From Eledone cirrhosa (Eukaryota): DNA of 64,000 bases. Positions 55,831 through 64,000 of this stretch are shown here, in pieces; positions within the stretch are counted from its first letter, which is position 1, and every line of letters starts with the position of its first letter. Under the pieces are notes generated by a model. That model was not told where the DNA came from. It did no database searches and was given only the letters and a program-made list of their open reading frames with translations. The stretch lies in assembly GCA_964016885.1 (NCBI GenBank), contig OZ024740.1:166222001-166286000 (forward strand), written 5' to 3'. Both the position numbers and the translations under genes were made by a program.

Positions 55831-55874
55831 CATTACTATTATTATTATTATTATTATTACTATTATTATTATTA

Positions 55875-56660
55875 TTTCTGAGAGGTTGGTGGGTGCATAG
55901 TCCACAAACTCACCTTCCTGCGTGTCCTGTTAGAAGCAACCATATCCAACTGATCCGGCATGATACGTAAGTGAGACCAGCCAAGTTCATGGATGTTATC
56001 CAACCATTTTTCTCGGGCACTACTCCTGGGTATCATCCAGGTTGGTTTTGCCCGTAAAATCTCTCCAGAGATACTTTTCTGTGAAAATCTAACCACATGC
56101 TTATATTGTCGGAACTGTGATCTCTCGATTCGGAAAAGTAGCGGCTCTGCCTGGAGTGACTCTCCTTATCTCCGAGCTACAAACTTTATCGAGTAACCTT
56201 ACATCAAAGACCATTTGGAGGAACCTCATTTCGGCCGCTGTTATTCGCAATAGTATACTTTCGGTCAGTACACAACATTCCTGATCATAGGTAAAGGATG
56301 GCACGAATACCGAATTGTAGTTTGGTTTTTACGCCTCGTTCCTTTCTCCTGATTACTTCAGAGAGGTGCATCATCTGAAGAGGGAGAGAATACTTTGAGA
56401 ATACTCCTGAATCCGACCACAACAGCATTTTCTGATGTCCACGAGGTATATCGAGCAATCGGGAGTGATAATCCCAATTTTCAAAACGCGAGACAATAGT
56501 GATTCTTTCAATTACAAAAGGATCTCCTTCATAAGCCTCCCCTGTAAATTCTATGCTAAGTGTCTGGCAAAGAGATGCAGGAATATTGTTGACGCCAAGC
56601 TATCTGCTGAACAGTGCAGTTTTCACCCCGAACACAGCACAGCAGACCAAATATATATTT
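55875..56660. pseudogene. RTE-like LINE remnant with inversion (C-terminus on -, RT domain piece on +)
   Basis: Minus strand RITAAEMRFL..LLDKVCSSEIR; plus strand IIPIFK..NYKRISFISLPCKFYAKCL..EQCSF..STADQI. Confidence 0.75.
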
Positions 56661-57117
56661 ATATTCATTTAATTTGGAAATTCTATAGAATGAATGGCAG
56701 ATGCTTTGTGTCACTTATAAACTTCGTTTTGCACTGCGCTTCCTGTAACAAACGTAAAATATCTTTCAATTCATTTTTTTTTTTCAAGTAGAACCACTAT
56801 TTGATTATTCAATATTTGAACTGGGCTGACCAGTCCTTGTGAGTGAAACTTGGTAGATCTCTTATGCAGTGTACTCTCATGAAAAGCGAAAACGTATTGC
56901 ACAGAGAGAGAGACACAAACACACATAGAGACACGCATATATGCATATATATATGTATATATATATATGTGTGTGTGTGTGTGCGTGCGCGAGGATGTAT
57001 GTGTGTATATAGTATTCGTGGATTACAGGGTGGATAATATGAGTAGAAGACATGTAATCCTCAAGCACTACGTAATTTCACATTCTATTCGGCACTACAC
57101 TGAGGTCTTATTTAAGT

Positions 57118-57150
<33 letters not shown>

Positions 57151-57265
57151 TCACTATTAAAAGCATCCTCATCACTGGGTTCATCATAACCCCCATTACA
57201 TTATCACCACTATTAACAGCATTCTCATCACAGTCTTCATCATAACATCCACACACACACACACA

Positions 57266-57327
<62 letters not shown>

Positions 57328-58388
57328 CTTACTGCTATAGTCTTATGTCTATCAATTCAATTTCGCTTCGCGTTCTCGTTTCTCCCGTCTCGTATCCCAT
57401 ATTTTATGTTATTTCCTGGTTCTTTGTTAGTGGAGAAATAAATAGGTAGCTGCCAGATGGTGACTTAATTAGAGTCTCCTGCACGCCTAGGATTAACCAG
57501 GGGGTTTAACAGGCTAAATCTAGGGTTCACCGTAGTTTCTTATCATCACAACAACAACGTCTCAGTCTTCTCTGACTGCTTATCCACGGACCTCCCTAGC
57601 CATTAGATATACCAGAAGACTTCCTCCTTATATTCCCATGAATCTCCAATAATACATTCTATCCCCACCCCCTCCATTACCACAGCTGCCATCACTACCT
57701 CCACCACTAGCGCCACTAACACCGCCAACACCACCACCTCCGCCGCCGCCAATGCCACTACCGCCACCAACAACAACAACTACAACATCACCACCAACTT
57801 CAACACAACTACAACGAACATAATTATCACCACCACCACCACCACCACCACCACCGCCAACTACAACAGCAACAAAAAACAACAATAATAACAACAACAA
57901 CAGCAATAGCAACATTAAGTAGCCACCTTCCCCACAACCTTATACTAGCCAAACTTCAACAATCACATTCTCTCATCATCATTGTCAATCATTTTCTCAT
58001 TTCATGTGGCGTGTTTTCCTTTATTTTGGGATAATTGCGTGTCATTATCATCACTATTAACAGCATCCTCATCACTGGGTTCATCATAACCTCAATTACA
58101 TTATCTATATATTTAAAACAGGGAATGTTTGTCTGTCTGTCCGCTCACTAAACTCGAGAAACACCCAACCGAGTGTTTTCAAACTTTACACATGTAATAC
58201 TTATGGTCCTGTGAGTGTTTTGTGTTATTTCAAATGTTCAATGCCCTAGGGACCGCATTAGGCGATTTAGCGATCTCTCTCTATAATTCTTAGTCTTTCT
58301 CTTTTTAGATAGATACATAGATATAACGTTGCGCCCTTATAATATATGTATGTATGCCTGCTTCTCTGCCTTACGACATTATGACGCG

Positions 58389-58480
<92 letters not shown>

Positions 58481-58829
58481 TGTGTATATATATATATATT
58501 ACCTATATGTATTTATAGATAGTACGCACATATATTTATTATTTTTTTAATATCTCTCTGTGTGTATTGATGGTACATACATATATTTATTTTTTTAATA
58601 TCCAATTGAGTTCTTAAACACGTGATTAAAATACCTAACAGGCTTCAATGACCAGCGTGTATATTATTTTATATTTTACGATAACCTCTCCTTCCCTTTT
58701 GGGGACAGGGTAAATTTTCTTTTTGAAGGACTACTGGCTTTTCAAATTTAGCTGTCCTTCTAGCACTGACGGAGACCATCACTAATTATTAATATCGATG
58801 TAATTTTTTATATCGATATTGCATGGGCA

Positions 58830-58952
58830 TCCACTGACGAGTTATAAGGGCCCGCGTGTGTGTATATCTAAGGATTATATACAAGTTTCTACATAACTTG
58901 GACATTATTTATCCCAACTTGTAGAAATCTTATAACGAAACGATCGTATGGA
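58830..58952 (+). ncRNA. Hammerhead ribozyme with ~80-nt branched insertion in stem II
   Basis: TCCA-CTGACGA-GTTATAAG..CTTATAAC-GAAA-CGATCG-T-A^TGGA. Confidence 0.82.
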
Positions 58953-59135
58953 AAGAAAGAGAGATTTATTTAATTATGTCTCATATAAATTAATACAACC
59001 AACTATCCACGGAATATTGTATAGTTAGCACCCCAAACACTTAATTGGGATTATACTTAGGTATATCCTAATGTTTGTTGAGTGAGATGGAGTTGGTCAG
59101 GGTATCGCTTAAACCTTTCTCTGTTAATGTATTAA

Positions 59136-59217
<82 letters not shown>

Positions 59218-59317
59218 TGTAACGTTTTTTGAAATATTTACTTCTGCGTTTTCAGATTGATATTTTTAGTTTCAGAAGATCCCGTTAACGATTCTTTGCT
59301 TAAACTTTAATCTGATA

Positions 59318-59394
<77 letters not shown>

Positions 59395-59422
59395 TCAGAT
59401 GTTCAATTCCTTTAATAATAAT

Positions 59423-59496
59423 GCTGTGATATATATTTCAATGGCGAAAGTGGCCACACTGTTCTGTGGGCCAGTCTCGCGACATCGTCAGACAGC
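59423..59496 (-). ncRNA. Hammerhead ribozyme with extended GC-rich stem II
   Basis: Minus strand: GCTGT-CTGACGA-TGTCGCGAGACTGGCCCAC..GTGTGGCCACTTTCGCCATT-GAAA-TATATA-T-C^ACAGC. Confidence 0.82.
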
Positions 59497-60443
59497 TTGT
59501 TACATAATAAGGTTATGTTTCCAAATAAGGTTATGTTTCCAAATTGAATCGACATGGGAAAGGAGGAAGTATGTGATTTTGGGTTCTTCATCCGTTCCCC
59601 TGTGAGTACCAATTCACCCCCACTGGTCTGCGCAGGCGCAGGTCCAGGGGGAAGTTGACCATTAGTTACCGCAGATTCAAATGAAATTCGCTTAGTCAGT
59701 TCCCTCTCTCAGCCAGACAATGACCCATTCAAGCCTGCACCATAGTTTACTGCTACCCATCCCGTCAGTGGCAGTCAGCCGAAAGGCAGTGGGGATGGAA
59801 GAGTGTTAGTAATTACAGGTCTCTTTACTACCTCTCACAATCATGGACATTATAACTGACCATCAACCCCTAAGAGGATATATTTAATTCTATGTATCAT
59901 AGTTTCATATTGGAAGTTATAAGTGAAATTGGAACTAAAAATTACAATTTAAAATCGAAAATCCTAAATCAAGTATCAGAAGTTATAAATTAAAAAATTA
60001 ACAATTAGAAATTAAACAATTAAAGATTTTTCAAGTGAGAATCCAGATTGAGGTGAGTAAAAAAAATTATAGATTGAAGTGAGTAAATAATAAGCAGAGA
60101 GATGTTTAAGTAAGAAGTTCTGAAAGGCGTCCTAATGTTGCAGTTATACTATCTACATACTGAACGATGGTGCCATACAGTAGAACTGAGGGTAAATTAC
60201 AGTATTACGGGTAGTAGTCAATTGGGTACATAGTCGTAATTTCCATCACATGGAACAAAACCAACAAAAACATATATAAAGTACACAAAAGAAATGAACC
60301 AATGAATGAATAAATGAATGAATGAATGAGTGAATGAATGAATTTCCTTATTCGCTTTTCCTTATTCGATATTTACTCCGTCACTCCTATGTGGAATAAG
60401 TACGTTGAGTGCTTGATTTGAATTGCATCAATATTTACCCTAA

Positions 60444-60513
<70 letters not shown>

Positions 60514-60799
60514 CATTATATATTCGTGTACAGATATTTTTGCATACACAATAACAAAATATATACAAACGTATTTATTTCACGAGGCTTGATAAGGATA
60601 AATATATATCAAATATATAAGAACCCTAGAGCAAATCCCGAGCAACGCCGGGCCATTCTGCTAGTCACCACTAATAACAGCATCCTCATCACTGGGTTCA
60701 TCATAACCTCCATTCAATTATCACCACTATAAACACCATCCCCGTCAGTGGTTTCAACAGCAGTACCACCACCACCGCCACTATCACCATCACCACCTC

Positions 60800-60861
<62 letters not shown>

Positions 60862-61019
60862 CGACAACGTCAAGAACATCAACAGCATTATCAAAGACAA
60901 CGACAACAATAACGTCACCCCCTACATCCTCCTAATCCCGACAATCATCATGTTTCTTCAACCCATACTATTTTCTGATTTAGACGCAAAGCAAACAGAA
61001 GAGGAAAGGGAGAGAAAAG

Positions 61020-61110
61020 TTGATTAAATCGGACCCAGTGCATTACTGGTACTATATTTTATCGACCTAGAAAAGATGAAAGGCAAAGCTAACCTCGGCG
61101 GGATTTTAAA
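61020..61110 (+). mobile_element. SINE 3' region
   Basis: ACTGGTACTATATTTTATCGACCTAGAAAAGATGAAAGGCAAAGCTAACCTCGGCGGGATTT, recalled as an abundant octopus-type SINE motif; second copy at ~14200. Confidence 0.7.
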
Positions 61111-61289
61111 AGGGCCGTAGCTCTATACGGTGAATCATGGTGTCCGACACTCTACCGATACGACGGCACGGGAAAACACAATGTGGGATTTGTGAGTAAA
61201 ATAATTTAAAGGAAAACAATCGAGGGTCACTCGCGGAGAAAGCCCACAAAGCTACATTCATCTTGACCTTTAGGGCAAATGTCCTCTGC

Positions 61290-61495
61290 CACAAGTCCCC
61301 TCCAATCTACAGGTTCATACCGAGAGTAAGGCTATTCAGTTTGGCCGTGTTCGCCACTCACCCACTTATCAAAAAACTAGTTAGAAGATAGCACTTTCCT
61401 CTCTACCCGGATTTTCTTCTTCAAGTGAAACAGGAAAAAGATAATCAGGGTTTGGTTTTGCCGAAGAGGAAACATTTTTAAATATGTCCACCACG
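61290..61495 (-). pseudogene. Tx1 ORF2 C-terminal fragment
   Basis: LIIFFLFHLKKKIRVERKVLSS matches INFFKFHLKRKIRVERQVLPS. Confidence 0.75.
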
Positions 61496-62296
61496 TCGCC
61501 ATCATCTGTGTCATCATCATCATCTGTGTCATCATCCTCCTCATCATCATCATCATCATAATCATCCTCTACCACTACCGCAACCATCCAGCACCACCAA
61601 TGCCATTATCCTCCCCATCATCATTATCAACATCATAATCATCATAATCATCATCATCAGCATCATCATCTTCATCATTCTCATCATCATCGTCATATTC
61701 ACCCTTCTCACCACTACATACACCACCCTAACCGCCACCATCATTATATCATCATCCTCACCATCATCGTCATCCTCATCATTATCATCACCATCAACAA
61801 CAACAACACGTACAATAATATTGTCACCGATATCATCAACATCAGGGTCCAATTCATCACCAAGTACAACCTCAGAATAATTATAATCTCCTTCCTTCTC
61901 AACTATCCTTGCCCTCTACCCCCCCCCCCCCCCCCCATCTATTCCTACGCTCCTTTCCTCCTGTCGTCCTTTCTTTTGTCTTCAACGTTAACCTCGTAAA
62001 ACTGCTATCAATCATTTGCCAGACAGGTGATCATTTCGATAATTCATTAATCAACTGGTTGTTATGAAACACTTTTGTCCACCACCCAGGTTTCAAAGAC
62101 GGGGTTGTAAGGTTAGTATTAGTATCATCATCATCGTCGTCATTATCTACAGCAGCAGCAACAACAACTGTAGCAGCAGTAGCATGAGTAGCAATAAACT
62201 CTGCAGCAGATGGTGGCAACGATAGGAATAGAAATGGCCGACGTGACAGAAGTTGATGTATTGGAGGTTGTGTTTTTTGTGTTAATTTTTGCTGTA

Positions 62297-62299
62297 ATG

Positions 62300-62360
<61 letters not shown>

Positions 62361-62421
62361 CAGCATCAGTAGTAGTAGTAGTAATAGTAGTAGTAGTATT
62401 AGTATTAGTAGTAGCAGCAGC

Positions 62422-62476
<55 letters not shown>

Positions 62477-62569
62477 ATATTATAGGTAGTAGTAGTGGTA
62501 ATAGTAGTAGTAATAGTAATATTAGTAGAAGTGGTAGTAGTAGTAGTAGTAGTAATATTAGTAGAAGTG

Positions 62570-62633
<64 letters not shown>

Positions 62634-62655
62634 CAGCAGCAGCAGCAGTAGTAGT
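62297..62655. repeat. (TAG)n microsatellite
   Basis: Direct reading. Confidence 0.95.
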
Positions 62656-63137
62656 CATTGTTTGTTTTGAAAGAAGGGTAGATCAACCCTGTCAGTGCAT
62701 GAAAAAATGAATTCCACGAACCCATCCCAGCGACAAGACTACTACCGGTGATGCGAGAAAGACAGAGGGTAAAAAAACCAATATACAAACTTAACATCAG
62801 AAAAAGCAAGTACGACAACAACAAAATCAACAGCAAAGAAAATAACAAGCACAACAAGCACAACACGCAAACATCATTAATAACAATGCCCGGGACTATA
62901 GCTATAGGGATGACAATGCTGATCGGTTGTGACGTAGATAATAACGATATATAAAATACCATCTAGTTTTACTCCGCCACAAACTATTTTCTCATAAAAG
63001 CTGACGCTCGCTTCTATTAAGGAATAACAATTAGAAGGACGAATATCATTATAGATAAATGTCTTATGATCATAGACGCGCAAGGAAGGGGTCTATTCAG
63101 TGTGTTATACCATTTTATGCAGCTGTAAATGTTATAA

Positions 63138-63211
<74 letters not shown>

Positions 63212-63253
63212 GCCCTGGTGGCAAATAAATAGAAAGTTATCTACCTATCTATC

Positions 63254-63328
<75 letters not shown>

Positions 63329-63342
63329 ATATATATATATAT

Positions 63343-63540
63343 AGAAGAGCTTCTTCAGGACTAGAACTGTTTCATTCGTGAGAAATCATCAGGCAGATCT
63401 TATGAGCTTCCTGATGATTTCTCACGAATGAAACAGTTCTATTCCTGTAGAAGCTCTTCTATATTAACATTGTTATACTCTGCTATGTATTAAGTACCTT
63501 ACTTACTCTGGTTACCTCCGATTCAACCCAGAATAACTAT
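63343..63540 (+). mobile_element. Fold-back mini-element with tail; complete hammerhead at 63404-63456 (+)
   Basis: GAGCTTC-CTGATGA-TTTC TCAC GAAT-GAAA-CAG ttctattc CTG-T-A^GAAGCTC; inverted partial copy at 63343-63393; (TA)n flanks. Confidence 0.88.
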
Positions 63541-63551
63541 ATATATATATA

Positions 63552-64000
63552 AAGAAAAAGAGATGAAATCGAAAATGCAACTGGAGTCTTATTTTTTTAA
63601 AAAATATATATATTTATTTGGTTCCTTTACCGGTTTCGCAGGTCTTCTGCTTTTCAAAAGTAGAGTTGAGATGGAGGGTCTGTGGTTTTTCTCACATCTG
63701 GTTGGTCTCTGAATGTTACTTGTTTTATATGGAAAAAGTGGCTCGAAATGCCAGGTCTTTCCAGAAGTAATTTGATTGGTTGGTCAGTAATTATAATAAA
63801 TTTCGCGCCAGTTCGCGTTACAATAGTTCTTCAAATAAGAGGGGGGGCGGTTGTCACAGGTTGTTTTTTTCATATATGAGTGTTTGAATTTCTTTTTACT
63901 TGAAAAAAGGGGCTCACGAAGGCTTTTTTTTGGTTGGTTATAAATGAAATTATGGCTGTCACGTGAACAAGTTTTCATTAAATTTTCGCGCCCTTATTTG
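63552..64000 (-). mobile_element. 3' end (pLTR) of another Neptune-related PLE, with hammerhead at 63625-63660 (-)
   Basis: Minus strand CTT-TTGAAAA-GCAG aagac CTGC-GAAA-CCGG-T-A^AAG; nearby blocks resemble 28860-28965 (GAAAAAGTG, TTTGATTGGT, TTTCGCGCCA). Confidence 0.7.

Larger units (their letters stand above)
58104..60664 (+). mobile_element. Non-autonomous Helitron (2561 bp)
   Basis: 5' TC (TCTATATATTTAAAA..GTCTGTCTGTCC); 3' hairpin CCCG-AGCAACGC-CGGG then CTAG; inserted at A|T with no TSD. Rejoined flanks ACATTA+TCACCACTA restore the local repeat seen at ~57198. Confidence 0.88.

Noticed and set aside
62143-62658. Mucin-like poly-Thr ORF
   Set aside because: Translation of the (TAG)n microsatellite.

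Overview
AT-rich, microsatellite-saturated eukaryotic DNA. The SINE, LINE and (TA)n/(CA)n/(TATG)n content looks like a cephalopod, probably Octopus; this is inference. No host gene can be confidently called, and most of the ORF track is translated microsatellite. The real content is mobile DNA: (i) a near-intact Penelope-like element (RT + GIY-YIG) at 0.4-2.6 kb and a 4.2-kb head-to-head fold-back Neptune-type Penelope element at 28.7-32.9 kb; (ii) a ~20-kb pile-up (35.9-55.9 kb) of R4/Dong-type and Tx1/L1-type LINEs all inserted in (TTA)n; (iii) mariner, RTE and SINE remnants, a non-autonomous Helitron with exact ends, and a 3.3-kb 49-bp minisatellite. The main signal not visible in the ORF track is a dense set of type-I hammerhead ribozyme motifs at about 11 loci, from several unrelated sequence families. 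Most sit in short non-coding fold-back or tandem elements embedded in (TA)n tracts. They include a 310-bp tandem/inverted retrozyme-like unit, cores with very long stem II, U3-A8 and GCAA core variants, and a shared 3'-tail motif (GAGTRC) roughly 30-60 nt from the (TA)n junction. All structures were read by eye; none was folded computationally.
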